From Octopus vulgaris (taxonomy: Eukaryota), in NCBI GenBank assembly GCA_951406725.2, contig OX597828.1, positions 64,914,001 through 64,978,000 of the forward strand: a stretch of DNA of 64,000 bases, given 5' to 3'. A program made the translations under genes and the position numbers. The notes under the pieces were generated by a model. The model ran no database searches and was not told where the DNA came from. It worked only from the letters and a program-made list of their open reading frames with translations. This document shows positions 25,884 through 41,464 of the stretch, one piece after another. Each line of letters opens with the position of its first letter. Position 1 is the stretch's first letter.

Positions 25884-27708
25884 TGATGTATGTATGTCAG
25901 TTATACCAAGAATTTTAATGTCACTGCAAGTTATAAGTAGGTATGAGCAAATATTTACACACTTATATTTTTTCAGATTTATATTTTGGATAATTCATTT
26001 CCAAGATTAGATATTTCGCACACTCTTCGTTGGACAACATGTAACTGTTCCTTACGAGGAAGAGATTTATTGCTAATAAATATCCATATTAAAAAAAAAC
26101 TTAGCTGAAATGATATTTGTAATATTCAAAACATTGCAATTCATGGCAAACTAGTACGCTGAGTTTATAAAATATTCTGAAATTGAATGTATGCATATGT
26201 ATAACTTAATTGCCGTTGCAAAATTTAAGCAAGTATATAGAAACATTTATACCTGCCCAGGAGAAGGGAAAATATGAAGCGCTGATTAGTTTCACATCTT
26301 TTAGGAAACTCATACTTAAATAAGAAGCCATTTCTTCTGCTGATTGAGAGATTAATGTAGGAAGATTTCTGCATTGTATGAAAAACAAAGAAAGTCGCAG
26401 TTGAAATTGTTTATGCATTTTGTTTAACTGCATATTCGTTGATAAAGGGGTTCATTAAATATTTCTTTAGCAAATACACGCATTACAGATGCATTTCGCA
26501 CCGTTGCCTCAGGAAAGTACCGGTTTTCCATCAGCTTTGATTATGCTCTCAATTTAAGGTTGTATCCCAATGACAAACATGCTATTGTCAAAGACAACAT
26601 CCGATATGACCTATGCTCAGCGTGAGAGAGATCGTTGACCTCAAAAGTGGTGTGAGTAAATGAAATACCTCCAGAAATCTACGCTCTGGTTGTGTGCCCC
26701 TCTATGAGCCCTCACAAAATTTCTTGAAGCTTCTTTATAGCCTTAGCTTCTGGTTCATATACAAAAGTATTGTCTGCATATGTCCTAGAGAACGACTCTC
26801 GTTAACGTAAAAAAATCTTGATTGCTAGGTGTGAAACTTGTTACAGACACTACAGCCTTGATACCTGTAATCTTAACACAAACATAGGACCCAAGGGACT
26901 TGGAGTCAGTGATATTTGTATGTTAGCGTTAAAGGCAATTGGCTAGGGTTTTCACCTTCGTTCATTGTTATTTGCATTGCGAGACACGTCAACCTTGCAC
27001 TTTATACGGTTGATAAACTGTGAGTGAACTGTGATGAACATTAGTTGAGTCAAGGTAAGAGAAGTAAAGTTTTTGCTGACACATTGGACTCTTCTGTTTT
27101 ATTGTGAGGTCTTTATCTTGGATGGAGTCATGACCTTGCCTGAGGATATAGTCCACAGCATCCCCCCCAAAAATGACCTATAAATAGCTACCCCCAAAAT
27201 ACCTGTCACTGTCAGAAAACGTTTTGTTAATATTCCTGTACTTGGCACAATTTTAACTAGTTTCCATGCATGATGAGGGTGATTCATCCTTTTTAATGCA
27301 GTGGTGCTTATTCATTTTCTTTGTATTAGTAAAATAACTACGCTGTTCAAAGCAAAATTTTATAATGTGACAGTTAATGCAACCGAACTAAGATTATAGC
27401 TACACCTACCTTATATTTCACAGAACTTAATAAATGTTTCATAATGCGTCATTTATTGGACATTTCAGTTCGATCGTGGGTTTTGTAAGATTAAAATAAA
27501 TAAAAGCCAGTTTTCTCCAAACGTTTTACTTTTGCACGTCTCTTGAAATAAATATTTGCATATCTAAGTAAATCACTACATTAAATTATTATTATGATAT
27601 GTTTATGTGTGCCTATGTACTTCATAACTTCATAAATTTAAATTTTGTACAAAATTGAACGAACAATAAAATTTTCTACATAAACTTTCCAGTGCCACTA
27701 CAACTATT

Positions 27709-27903
27709 GGTTTCAAATTTTGACAAGGCCACTAATTTCGTTGCTAAGTCGATGATATCGACCCCTAGTGTTCAAGTCATGCTTATCTTATCGACTCCGA
27801 AAGGATGAAAGGCAAAGTTGACCCTAGTGGAATATGAACCCATAACGTAAAGACGGGTGAAATGCCGCTAAGCATTTTACCGAGCGTGCTAACGAATCTG
27901 CCA
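27709..27903 (-). mobile_element. Third SINE family (type N; TTCATCCTTTCGGAGTCGATAA core)
   Basis: Homologs at 51846-52027 (-), 59155-59370 (+) and a degenerate copy at about 2800-2950. Confidence 0.8.
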
Positions 27904-28344
27904 TCGATCCTCATTAAAGCGCCATATATTGAAGACACCAAAATGTAGGGTTAAGAAATTTCCTCTAAATTCGCTTTTTACTTATGTAGGGGTACCTTAT
28001 GTTATTCATGTCAATATTTTGATTAAAGTTTGGTTGTATAAAGAAAATGAGAAGTTTAGAAATGAAAGCGAAAAATTAATTACCAAATTTACATTGCATA
28101 TCCTTAACCTATTTATTAATATATTTCACGTTGAATCACTGAGATGCCTCGTTGAATCCCTATCGGAATATATAACTATGACCAAATTATCTCTTCTTAC
28201 GCAGAAAAAAATATAATTTGTATTCTGATTAATTTGTACAAGGATGTAAAATTGGATGAGCCATTAAAAATTTATGATCAGGATAGTCACAAATTTTTAT
28301 TTTTCAGTGAGGTTAAAACTGCAGTGACACCTTCATATACATCC

Positions 28345-28407
<63 letters not shown>

Positions 28408-28722
28408 GTTTTGAAATCATTCAAAATGTACATTTCAGATTTCCGTAATGGATGCATTCCCTATAATACATTATACAAACCTGAGATGATTACAAACTAA
28501 CACAATTTAGTGAGATTTCATTATTACGACCAATACAAATTGATGTCATTACGAACCAGCGGGTCTTGTTTCGACTTATGCGGATGATCTACATTTGACA
28601 TGAATCTAAAATGTTGGTACCGTTCACCGCTTCTTAGCGAATACATACATTCATACATGTATATACATATACGTATATATGTGTGTATAGATTATTATAT
28701 ATATATACATATATATATACAC

Positions 28723-28802
<80 letters not shown>

Positions 28803-28812
28803 ATATATACAC

Positions 28813-28845
<33 letters not shown>

Positions 28846-28952
28846 CATATATATATACACACATATATATATATATATACATATATATACACACACATAT
28901 ATATATATATATATACATATATACACACACATATATATATACATATATATAT

Positions 28953-29035
<83 letters not shown>

Positions 29036-29240
29036 AGTAATATATATACCACAAAGATTATGTTCTCAGATCAAACGAACATAATCTTTTGTGGTGAATG
29101 ACGATTTGACGTCTATATCTATATGTCCACTTTTCGTGCTCAGTCCTTAATTGGTATATATAAATATTTTAATCTTCGGATTCTTTTTTAATATGCTAGA
29201 CCACTGGTCTTAATTGATAAATATCAATTTCTACCCTTAA

Positions 29241-29285
<45 letters not shown>

Positions 29286-29352
29286 TATATACACATATAT
29301 ATATATATATACACATATATATATACACATATATATATACACATATATATAT

Positions 29353-29383
<31 letters not shown>

Positions 29384-30664
29384 CACGCGTGTGTTTGAGT
29401 CTGTTTCCATGTCTAAGTTTGTGCTCCCGTTTACAGATATTAATATTCGATACTGTTTAAGACTCTCATGACCTGTAACCAACTTGTTCAACAGTTATGT
29501 GTTGAAAACTCGAGAAACCAGCCTGACATACATACTCTGGTTTATATGTTCAACTAAGCTTTTGAAATTGATGCACCAGCAGGGCTGCCGTCCAATGACT
29601 GTAACAAGTTAAAGAATATAAATATCGTCGAGAAGCATAATACAGATTATGTCATATGTTGTACGTTATATGGCCAAATGTGAGCGTCAATTTCGCGCCG
29701 AATATTGCACTACGACAACTTCTATGAAGAGTCGTCTATATTTACTAAGTGTAATATTTGGCGTGAACCTGCAGCTAACATTCTCATGTATATACTATAA
29801 CAAGAAATGTACTGATCGATGATGCATAAAGATATGACGGCTCTATCATTCGTATTTGTTGCGCTTTTTCCGATTTTTGTAGAACTGATAATATAAATAG
29901 GTACACTTACAGACACATATGAATACGCATATACACGCTTATATATATAACCGTATACACGGGTATTCGTATGTGTATGTGTGTGTATGACTACAGATAA
30001 ACATACACATACATACATATGTATACACACATACACACACGCACGCACAGACATATGTATATGAAGCTATCTCAAACATTACATCTCGCAAAATTCACGC
30101 GCAGCTTATTTGTAAGACGACGTTCAAGTAGAAACTTGCGCAGTGGTCCGCGCAGTGGTCCGCACAGTGGGTCCGAACCCGGAACCAAACGATTGCAAAG
30201 TGAACATCTTTCACAGTGCAGTCATCACTGTGCATATATAAAATGTATAAGAATTACGATTTACCCCCATCACATCGCACATGCCATGATCATTCCCTGA
30301 AGTCTACCAAGCTCATACCTCATAATCCTCATCAACATTGCTATCAGTACAATCACTGTCATCATCATAATCATCCCCATCACCGTCGTCATTTTCATCA
30401 TCATCATCATCATCACCATGAAGAACAACAACACAAACGTCTACTCTTAATACAATGTTCATCTTCTCTTTTCCACTTTCATTTCCCGGTCATCAAAAGT
30501 AATACGGTCACCACTATAATCCCACCGTTGTTACCATCATTTCTGTCCTCAACTTTATCACCATCTTCACCACAATCATATTTTTTTTTATCAACACCAA
30601 TCCTTATCAATTAATTAACACAATAATTAATTATGCAATGTTTTAGACACAACAATAAAAGCAC

Positions 30665-31864
30665 TTACACAACAGTTTCGGTGTTTGTAGTAGTAGTAGT
30701 TGTCGTATTGTTGCAGTTAACTAACAATGAAGTGTGCCCGTTTACACCCTGCTTCATGCCAAGCGAATCCTTTTTACTATATCTAGAAGCCCAAGTGGAC
30801 TCCCCACTCGTACTGAAATCTCTTTGTCTATAAGCATTCCATTTCGTGCAGATTATACTGCTTGTTATAAGTTTCTCCAGTTCCTTGCGAAACTGTCGAC
30901 CTGTGATCAAATATATGAAAAAGTTAAATACGAAGTGTGTTAGTCCAATCTCGTTGACAATAGCTTTAATAAAAACATATGTAAAGAATCTTTTCCATAT
31001 TGGATCAGAACGGGTTTCCTCTTCGGACATTCCCAGTTTCCCATACGGAAACGTTGTGTAAAGAGAGGTTGCTACGGTAACTGGTAGAACCGTGAATATA
31101 AGATAGAATGACACAGTCAAAAGCATAAGAGTTGTGGCAGACGTTCGCTGCTCGTTACCATGAAGTTCTATTTTCGACATTCTTCGTACTTCCAATATAA
31201 CCAGTATATTGAAGATCAAAACCAAACCTGGGACGAGCATAAATATCAAAAATTCAACTATCCAAGTCCATATAGTCCAGAATGATGTATTAATTGCCCA
31301 CTTCCGAGGTGAGCAAGATTGACACGCAGAGTTATAATGCCAAAAGTATCCTTGCATAGAAGACAGACTGAATGAAAGTATGATCAGCGCAAGGATCACA
31401 ATTTTAGCTCGTCTTGTGGTACAGTATCGTTCACGTTTGAACGGGTGACAGACTGATATATATCTCTCAACGGTGAAACCTAACACGAACAGTGGTGGTA
31501 AATATTGGCAAGTCATAAATAACACAGGGTAGCCTCCACATATGATGGGATAGTCTAAGACAGTTAAGAACCAAGCACTTTGTGCTTCATGCACGATTTG
31601 CAAAGCTAAGAAAAACAGATCAGCAAGGGCAATTGCAGCTAAGTAATATCCAGATGAATGACGCATGCGCCTTTGTATCCAGACGATGAATGACAGAATA
31701 TTGCCTGGAAAGCCGATGATATAAAGAAATGGCGTTGTGTATCTGTCGACATAAATACTTTCAGGAACATATTCCAACAAGATACTCCGATGAATGTAGT
31801 CATCTTCACAATTCAATGTAACGTTGGCTGTCGCTTCCAAAACACTTACAGTAGTTGTGTTAGT
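30665..31864 (-). CDS. Class A (rhodopsin-like) GPCR, FMRFamide/sex-peptide-receptor-like group; main and terminal coding exon
   Basis: Uninterrupted frame with 7 hydrophobic segments: [38 protein letters not shown]. Acceptor TTTTCTTTCTTTTTCAG ends at 31865 and the frame is open from 31864 ([12 protein letters not shown]...). Confidence 0.95.
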   Translation of the reverse strand, partial: TNTTTVSVLEATANVTLNCEDDYIHRSILLEYVPESIYVDRYTTPFLYIIGFPGNILSFIVWIQRRMRHSSGYYLAAIALADLFFLALQIVHEAQSAWFLTVLDYPIICGGYPVLFMTCQYLPPLFVLGFTVERYISVCHPFKRERYCTTRRAKIVILALIILSFSLSSMQGYFWHYNSACQSCSPRKWAINTSFWTIWTWIVEFLIFMLVPGLVLIFNILVILEVRRMSKIELHGNEQRTSATTLMLLTVSFYLIFTVLPVTVATSLYTTFPYGKLGMSEEETRSDPIWKRFFTYVFIKAIVNEIGLTHFVFNFFIYLITGRQFRKELEKLITSSIICTKWNAYRQRDFSTSGESTWASRYSKKDSLGMKQGVNGHTSLLVNCNNTTTTTTTNTETVV

Positions 31865-31904
31865 CTGAAAAAGAAAGAAAATATATAATATATAGTCATG
31901 AAAT

Positions 31905-33114
<1,210 letters not shown>

Positions 33115-33256
33115 ATCCAAACATGAACAAAGGGAAAACACAACAACGCGAGGACGTGGAACAAGTATAGTGTTATTGGACGCTCATGAAAGGAAAGAAA
33201 GAAGGTCCAAGGAAGAGAAGACGGAGAAAGAAAATCGCCAACGATACACACGTGGC

Positions 33257-33343
<87 letters not shown>

Positions 33344-33377
33344 GTATATATGTATGAATATGTGTATATATCTGCTT

Positions 33378-34152
33378 GATGAGAGACGGAAGATGGAAGA
33401 TAAGAGATTTATTAATCACTACAATTGTCTCGGCACATCTAGAATCGATCCCTCACAGGTGGGATACGTCATAGCTGCTTCGGGATCATCCGACAGCATA
33501 AATGTCTCTCGGCGGTTGAGAAACAGGTACTACTCATTGAAATAACAGTTCCGCAACGTATTTTCTCAGTTCTTGTGAAGAAAAGCAGCAAGTTAAATTA
33601 TATACTTTCATTAATAAAGAATATTAATAATTAAATAACAGATGCGAAAAAGAAACCAGCACACAATACAGTGAAAATGTATCAAACATAACTGGCGATG
33701 GATATAGATCTATAAACACCGCGTAGCTTTATGATGCATGTACACTGGCTCATACAAACAGCCACGAAGATGTAAGCATACGTACACGCGAGGTTTGGCG
33801 CTCATACGTTCACATAGCGAGCTAAGTGGTGTTTATAAAAATGGGAAGATTAAAGCTAAGTTTAATTCATACATACCTTAAGGTGGATTGCGTTAACAGT
33901 TACTAAAATTCATTCCCACTACATTTGTATTGGACACCCCGTGACGGTGTCTTACGCTTGCACCGCATAAAGAATATAGTAAAATGAAGCAACAGTTCTT
34001 GAAATCGGTGCTATATGTATCGAAACGATTTTAGTTATTTATAAAAAAAATTCTCGTACCTTCCATCTTCCGTCTCTCATTAACCAGACACGTAACGTTC
34101 ACTGAAAGGGTCTATTGCTTTACCAGTAAGCTACCTGGTATAAACCATACGT
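33378..34152. mobile_element. Penelope pLTR copy with inverted terminal segment; hammerheads decayed
   Basis: About 33378-33925 aligns with 21675-22225; about 34005-34152 is an inverted copy of 21598-21750 including the tail. Confidence 0.8.
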
Positions 34153-35406
34153 TTTATTATCTATGCGTGTGAGTGTGTGTGTTCGTGTGAGTGTGTGTGT
34201 GTGTGTGTGTGCGTGAGTGTGTGTTTGTGAGTATGTGTGTGTTTGTGTGTGCGTGTGAGTGTGCGTGTGCGTGTATGAAAAGCCTGAAAGTAAAACAGAT
34301 GCCTGCAATGGCGAAACCAAGCACACAAATTTGTCACTTTTAAAGTAAAACAATACCGCAAATCCTCTTTCATTAAATGAAGGATTGTCTCGTTTTAGTA
34401 TAAATCTTATATCAATTGAAATCTCTCGATATGTATAAAGTACAGAATAGAAAGAAAGAAAGAATGAAAGAAAGAAAGAAGAACAGGAAGAAAGAAGAAC
34501 AGGAAGAAAGAAAGAAAGAAAGAAGAAGAAGAAGAAGAAGAAGAAATACCTAACACATTGATAGTATAGATGTATAGATGTGAGATATGCAGAGATATTG
34601 CATTAAAAGATCCATTATTTAGGCAGAATGGTATACGTATAAGATTCCAATACATTGTGAGTAAATTCAAAGAGTATTTAAAATTGGTCATTGTAAATTC
34701 CATAGTATTTAAAGTTTGTCATTCCAAGTATAGAGGTTGTACATAGTGCTATTGAATCGAGGTTTTACTTAAAGTGACCTAAAAGTAGGGAATGTATTTG
34801 TAAGGTCAAATCGAAAACAGGAAGAAAGGAATAAGGAAAAGAAAAAAGAGAAGAAAAAGGAAAGAAAGAAAATAGAAAAACAGGAAGAGAGGAATAAAGT
34901 AAAGAAAGAAAAAAGTAGAAAAGAAAAACGAGAGAGATAATAAAAAGATGAAGACAGGGAAAGTGTACAAGTTAGTGGTCAGTAAAGATAACTTGAAAGT
35001 AGGGAGATGAAGGTGATAGAGAGTGAAAGATATTAGCGTGTAAAAAGTTTAAAGAGTAAAGGAGTGTCAGATAGAAGGAATGGGGGTGATAGAGAGAGAG
35101 AGAGGTATGATAGTGTAAAAGGTAAAGGAGTGTCAGTTATGTAGTGATGGAGTCCAAGTGATGGGGCAGAGAGAGGGGTAGTTATATGGTGGAATGAAGA
35201 ATTTAGGAATATTGATTAGGTGGTTGGACAGTTCAATGCATAGTAGTAGATGTGTACAGATGCATATATTAGATGCATGTTCATATATATATATATATGT
35301 GTGTATATAATGGTCACTTGATAAGATCGATATTTAATTTAAATTAACGATCTTATCCTTATAGATATATATATATATATATATGAAATATTGAATGTAA
35401 ACTTAC

Positions 35407-35415
35407 CAGACACAT
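35407..35415 (-). CDS. Probable first coding segment of the GPCR (M-C-L)
   Basis: Minus strand TAG-AGT-AAA-ATG-TGT-CTG/GTAAGT: in-frame upstream stop, A at -3, consensus donor, and phase 0 matching the phase-0 acceptor at 31865. Confidence 0.65.
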
Positions 35416-36261
35416 TTTACTCTACAGTAATCATAAGGAAGAGGTAGAGAGACAGAGACAGCCAGATGTCGGAGAAAGAAAAAGGAAGAATTGTAAAAAG
35501 ACAAGTCAACGACCATTTTCTGAGTGCTACAACCTCTTTAATGTAAATATGAAATTATATGTAAATCAATCATAAATTTTGCTAAGCTGTTGGCAGTTCT
35601 GCTAATTTAATGGTACAAAAAGAAAAAAAGAGAACTATTTTGAAATGCTGAACAAAAAATAGATGTTTATATCTGAAACGGATACGACTGCAACTAAATA
35701 TATCTTATGGCTGAAATATTCAACTTACGACGGGGTGGTATAGATGATTAGCTAAGGTAATGGATGCTTCGAATTTTTTGTAGAGAGTAATTTCATAATA
35801 TTTATGAATTTAATTCAAACGCGTTAGTGCTGAATACACCGATAAAAATATTTTATACACTATTCGGTATTTCAGTAAGATATGAAAAGCACTGACGTAA
35901 AAGTTTTACGGCTGTTGACTTTGTAGCTTTTGAGTCATCCGGAATGAGGAGAAGCAGGTAGAGGTTTACAAGGTGCGCGCGCACACGTGTGCAAGCGTAC
36001 GTACGTATGTATGTATGTATGTATGTATGTATGTATGTATGTATGTATGTAGATATAGATATATATGTATATAGATACACTCGTATGTTGAAGAAATTCA
36101 ACAGAGAAAGCGCTTACACACACACTCTACGAAAATATACTTCCACAGTGTTCGAGCCGTTCCGCTTCTCTAAGACTGTCTTTAAATAGTCGGTAATATT
36201 TTAGTAAATATTTTTTCAAACACTATGAGTGTATCAAGGGCTTTTGTAAAAACATTTAAAT

Positions 36262-36710
36262 ACAGGGTGCGATGGGTAAATTGGAATTAGCGCCGGATGC
36301 TCCGATATGACCATTTCAGAGTGTTTGGGTGTCAATTTAAGGAGAGTGCAGAGGATTCGGAAAGAGTGGCATGAGTCTAATGGTGATTAGGAAGGTACGG
36401 CAGCTCGGAAAACTCACTGTGATCGTTGGTGAGATCCAGACCATGACTGACAACGATCCCCTCCAAGTCAATCGGGTCTATCACCAGGGACATGGGAGTG
36501 TCTGAGGCAGGTAGTGCATGGAGTCATTCGGCATTACTCATACAACATGAGAAATGGCCAATTTTTACGCCAAGCCATCAAGGACAAGAGGAAAGACCGC
36601 ACTACGAAGCTTTTGAACAAACTCAATTTTCCACTCAAAACGAACAAGTTTTTGTTTCTCCCAGACAAGAAAAATTTCTGCCAGCATCAGATCGTGAACA
36701 CACAGAGTTT
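36262..36710 (+). mobile_element. Decayed Tc1/mariner-superfamily transposase, 5' part
   Basis: TA-CAGGGTG start; HTH-like region; YSYNMRNGQFL...KRKDRTTKLLNKL...FLPDKKNF (compare FSDEKxF). Confidence 0.7.
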
Positions 36711-37047
36711 ACAGTATTCATAAAGTACTAAACAGCACTCTTCATTTTGGCATTTACATACCCGACTCCTCGAATCATCATGATACATGTAACTCTACTC
36801 CAATATTCAGATGACTTGCACTCCTCCACATTCTCAACTATAATTTTAATCATGATGCCCTCGCACTCGGTGTCAAATTTAACCCAAACACATTGTATAT
36901 ATATATATATATATATAACACTCATATTTTCTTTTTTTCCTGATGAATGACAAATAATCTCAGTTTTACGACATTTTGTAGAGGTTTCCATTCGATGGTG
37001 ATTTGTATTTCTGTCACTCATTTGTTTTTCTGTGTATGTGCGTATGT

Positions 37048-37091
<44 letters not shown>

Positions 37092-38509
37092 GAGAGAGAC
37101 AGTCAGACTGACACACCGGCAGACACCCAAGTATGTTACTATGAGATAGTCATGTCGCTATACGATATATATACTTGCGTTGTTATATCTATATTTCTAC
37201 GAATATGTTAACGCATATATGTGTCTGTGAATGCGTGCAAGAGGATGGATATTTATACGTGTGTATGCTGGTGAATGAGAGGGTGTCAGGTACACGTAGT
37301 GGACAATTTGTCTTTGTTTTATCAAACTGTTCACGAACGCCCTAAACGAGGTTAATGTCTGCGAAAACGGATCTACTCTGACCCAGTACCTTGTAAATAT
37401 CAATGGCAACTGATCTAATATCCTGATTTTGCATTTAACATGCCCCATTGACTGTTCTTGTTATAGATATTAGCGTTACTGTTTCATTCGTAGTATACGT
37501 TGATACAATATCGTTTTGGGGCCACATTATCATCTTCTATCCTCAGACGCATAAACACACATATACACAGTCGTGTATATATATATACATATATATAAGG
37601 GGTGGGTGAACGTATGAGAGAGCACGTGTTTCCATCTAGATGCGTATGACCTCTTCTCATCTCTGTATCATAGCATTCCACTTCTACTATCTTACTATCA
37701 GACACTCTATCCCCTCTATTTTGCTATTTTGCAATGGAAACGAACATAAGCTGCATGACTGGGATATATTACGGCGTGCATCTAACAATGTTCATACCTT
37801 ATGCTGGTAATGGCGAGCAATGGGACGAATTAGCTAATTTAATAACGACAATTAACAGAGAAACACTTATATGTATAGATCTTTTAAAAATCCGATTACG
37901 TTTTCTGCGTTTTGAATTACTTATAACGTGGCTCGATTTTCGCCCACTACTCTATCCGCTGGTTATCGTCAAACCATATTGAATATTGTAGTAGAGTGTG
38001 GAATTATCTACCCAGCCCAGATACTTCGGTAATGTCTCGCACATTTCAGCGTACTCTTAAATAATATTATTACTCCCTAAAATGGTAAGTCCTTCTGACA
38101 AGGAACCAATAGAGCACCTAGATGGAGAAATAATTCCTGGGATCCTCCCTGAAAAATGCCCGACAAGCGAAAGGTTATGGAGTTGATGATAATGCCACAG
38201 AAAACGAATTATTATGTCCTAATATATAAGATGACAAGAAGAAAACAATCCTTTCCGACGACCAGTGGAGTTTCAATCTGTATAACCTGCAAAATAGGTA
38301 AAATATAAATCTACAATCCACATTAGTGGGTTGTAGGTTTATATTTTTGCTATCTTGACTATGAAGGAGTGATGCTACTTTTACGATTTTTTACTTTGGA
38401 GGAGTGATGCTAGAACTGCGAAATCTTGCATACATGCAGTTTCAATGTTTCTTATTACTAACTGACATCAGACAGTTCACAGAGGATTTTCAAAGTAACT
38501 AATAGCGGC

Positions 38510-38915
38510 TGCACCTGAAAATGTACAAAATTCGTGGTGTAAATATTTACCTGAAGAAAATGAATTAGCCCCCAAAAAATCCATGGTGACATGGTTGCTT
38601 CTTTAGGGTATGATGCGCCAGCTTTATCAATATTATAAATGCGGGCAGCTGAATATAGAATGGGACGGGAGCGACTTTAAGATGATCCAAAGTCTGGGCC
38701 ACCTTGGAAAATTTTGATCCTGCTTTCTATAGTCGATGTTATCAGCACATCCCGTAATAGAGTTGAGCATATTCTGCATATTCAATTTGGAATAATGAAG
38801 ATTTCTGCTCGGCGAGTGCCACCTCATCTGACACCAGATCAAATGTGCACCAACCTCATCACATCACAGGAAAATCTGACATTGTTTGAAGCAGCTCCAG
38901 CTGGTTTCATAGAAA
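38510..38915 (+). mobile_element. Decayed mariner transposase N-terminal relic
   Basis: IHGDMVASLGYDAP, DDPKSGPP, VEHILHIQFGIMKISARRVPPHLTPDQ (compare WVPxxL). Confidence 0.8.
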
Positions 38916-39596
38916 CAAATCATTTGGGTCACAGATAGCTAGCGAACAGGGTAAAAAAATTCGTTATTAGCGATGGAAGCAGTATTACGTCTCACGCAAC
39001 GGGAATAGACTGCTAGAATGCCACAGTATTGCACTTCGTATAGACGTATTGTGCTAAATAGAATAGAATGTATTATATTTATAATATTGTTGTTCTTAGT
39101 ATAATAGCAACTAGCATAATAGCAACGTTGGCAATTTTACTACTGTGGACAGCGAATTAAGGCGATATTCGCGGTATTCCAAAGAGTAATAAAATTGCTT
39201 TAATGAGAATATAAACGGAATTGCGGACGTTTCACCCGCTGTGTTTATGTGTGATTTTCGGCACTTACCATGCAGTTTGATTTATATCATTAATATTAAC
39301 TGTAATTAAGTTGCAATCTGTGTTTGTTAGCTATACGTTTCTGGCGCAGAATATGTAATTCCGTGTTGATGTCTGCTTAATATAATTCATTTCACTTGGA
39401 TATTAATATTCCTCTGGATATATGATCATCGTGTCGCTCATTCTTTTACGTTCTCTTTAGCTAGAAACCAATATTATTTTAATGGCGTGAAGTCTACAAT
39501 TAGACGTAAGCTTCCGTAAGCCGTTTGGAACCTTCTTTAAAACTATTCATATTTCTTTCTGCGGTTAATGGCTTTCAGAAAAAAATATTTTAGTTA

Positions 39597-39997
39597 CACC
39601 CTTTGTGGTTAGCCATACTGAGATGGCTATTATACTTTACATTGTCGAGCGATTACTGTTTACATCTCGTTCAGAGATTTAATAATGCTTGCAGACAGTT
39701 TTTCGAAATCAGTGACGGAATTTACTAGAAAAACACATATATTTGCATACAGGCTTTCCCTTTCATCGTAATCCGGTGATTATCGCCCGTTGACAAGAGG
39801 CAACAACCTCGAAACCGCGGTCCGGTGTGTATCACTTAGGCTTACGAGAAAGGGATGGCCTCCTTTTGCAAATACCATAAGGGCACAGATAGTGTGCCTA
39901 AAGCCAGCTGGAGACGATGATCTCCTGGGGCTAAAAGCTACAGTAACACCCACCCTTTGTGGTTCGCCATATTGAGATGGCTATTATACTTTACATT
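39597..39997 (+). mobile_element. 354-bp unit with 47-bp terminal direct repeat and central decayed hammerhead (retrozyme/pLTR-like)
   Basis: Direct repeats at 39597-39643 and 39951-39997; hammerhead-like motif at 39784-39827. Confidence 0.6.
39784..39827 (+). ncRNA. Minimal type I hammerhead with two core transitions
   Basis: CCG-TTGACAA-GAGG-caacaa-CCTC-GAAAC-CGCG-GTC-CGG; palindromic ACCGCGGT stem III; canonical core would be CTGACGA. Confidence 0.6.
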
Positions 39998-41464
39998 TCT
40001 ATAATTGTTTTCAAGGTATACGCCATATTGTGAGGTGCTTTTTTTTAATCGGTGGCTTCTTAGTGTACACCCATGTACACTAAAGAGCAGTTGTAAACTA
40101 TTTTTTTAATATTTTTACAGCGGCTGCCTGCTGGAGCCTAGCGGCAGGTATTTAAAGGGAAAAAGATGTGATAAGTCAGCAGTCACCGGCTGACACTCGC
40201 TGACGATACATCGAAGAGGCCAGGGAACATAAGAAAGAAGAAGAAAGAAGACATGCACCCAACACCAGAGCTGAAGACACCTCTGAAAGGGGTGGGTCAC
40301 CACGTCAAAACGGTAGAGGAGTAGGGGCCGAAACCGGACGTGGTTCCTCCTGATGATGTCTTGAGATAACTGGATCCTATAAAGGAGCTGTTGTGGTAGC
40401 AGGCCTCGAAACACGGTTGTAATTCCTATGGTAGTATTGAAACTGCTTTAACGCTCTATATATTTTACAAAAATACATACTTCTAAAAGTATGTATGCTA
40501 GACTGGAAATTGGTTTCCGTTTCATTTTTGGCAGGCGAACAGAAACTGCAGACAGCAACACAGCGGCAATTCCTCAGCTGAGCATTTTGTTTGACTGACT
40601 TTTCTAATTCCAAACTTTGGCAAAAGTGAAGATATCCTTAGGTTAAACGTACAAAAGAAGAATGCCTGTGGATGATCAAAGGAGTTCGAACAAGTAAGTA
40701 TTTCAAGAAACCTCAATACAATCAGTACAAAAATTAACAGGATAGTTGATTTTATGCGTGTTATAATTTGTGGTTTTCTACACAGCAGCTACTACAATTC
40801 TAGATGTTAATGAATTAGGATTTATCATCGAGAAAGAGTGAATGCTGTACAGATAAACTTCTGATTAGTCGAGGCTCAACAAAATGACTTGAACATCGCA
40901 CAACCTCGTTAAATCTTCATTATAAATAGTAACCTTTAAATGAATATTTTTAAAAATCGATTATTGAAAATAAAATATATTTTGTTTTTATCGCCAACTC
41001 TACATACATAGAATAGAGACCAGAGACTACACGTAATGACTTGTTTAAGGCATAGAATTATATCATAGCTATGAAATACCTTTGGCAGGTTTAAAATGAG
41101 TAACGAACAACGTTGTACGTCTTTTTAAACGTCTGGGAAGATAAATAAAATACAACTAACTAAAGAAATGCCAAACTTCCTATTTGATTAGTCTAAAGAT
41201 CACTCAAGAAACATTAAATGCTGTTATTTTTAAAATACACGGTTATTTAAGCTAATACACAACGTTGTTTTAATTAATGTCTATTTATGTAAATTCGTAA
41301 TATGATACAGTGACGTGATATAATACACGTTTGTCCCCTCTATGTTTAGCCCCTTGTGGGTAATAAAGAAACAGATATAATACACAAATGTATACATCAA
41401 TTTCAATAAGAGGAATTCAAAACATACAGTATTGTTATTCCTATAAGCTATATATAAATATATA

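Noticed and set aside
26500-27330. Possible Tc1-like relic
   Set aside because: Only a short IESIIKADG-like motif; no TIRs identified.
30216-30614. His-rich ORF
   Set aside because: Derived from (CAT)n-like low complexity just downstream of the GPCR stop, on the opposite strand.
31838-31840. TTG start for the GPCR given by the ORF track
   Set aside because: Eukaryotic gene; the frame is open to a splice acceptor at 31865.
40271-40421. Two successive CTGANGA...GAAAC...GTH motif sets
   Set aside because: Core words are present but stem I does not pair in either; revisit only if a family consensus restores pairing.
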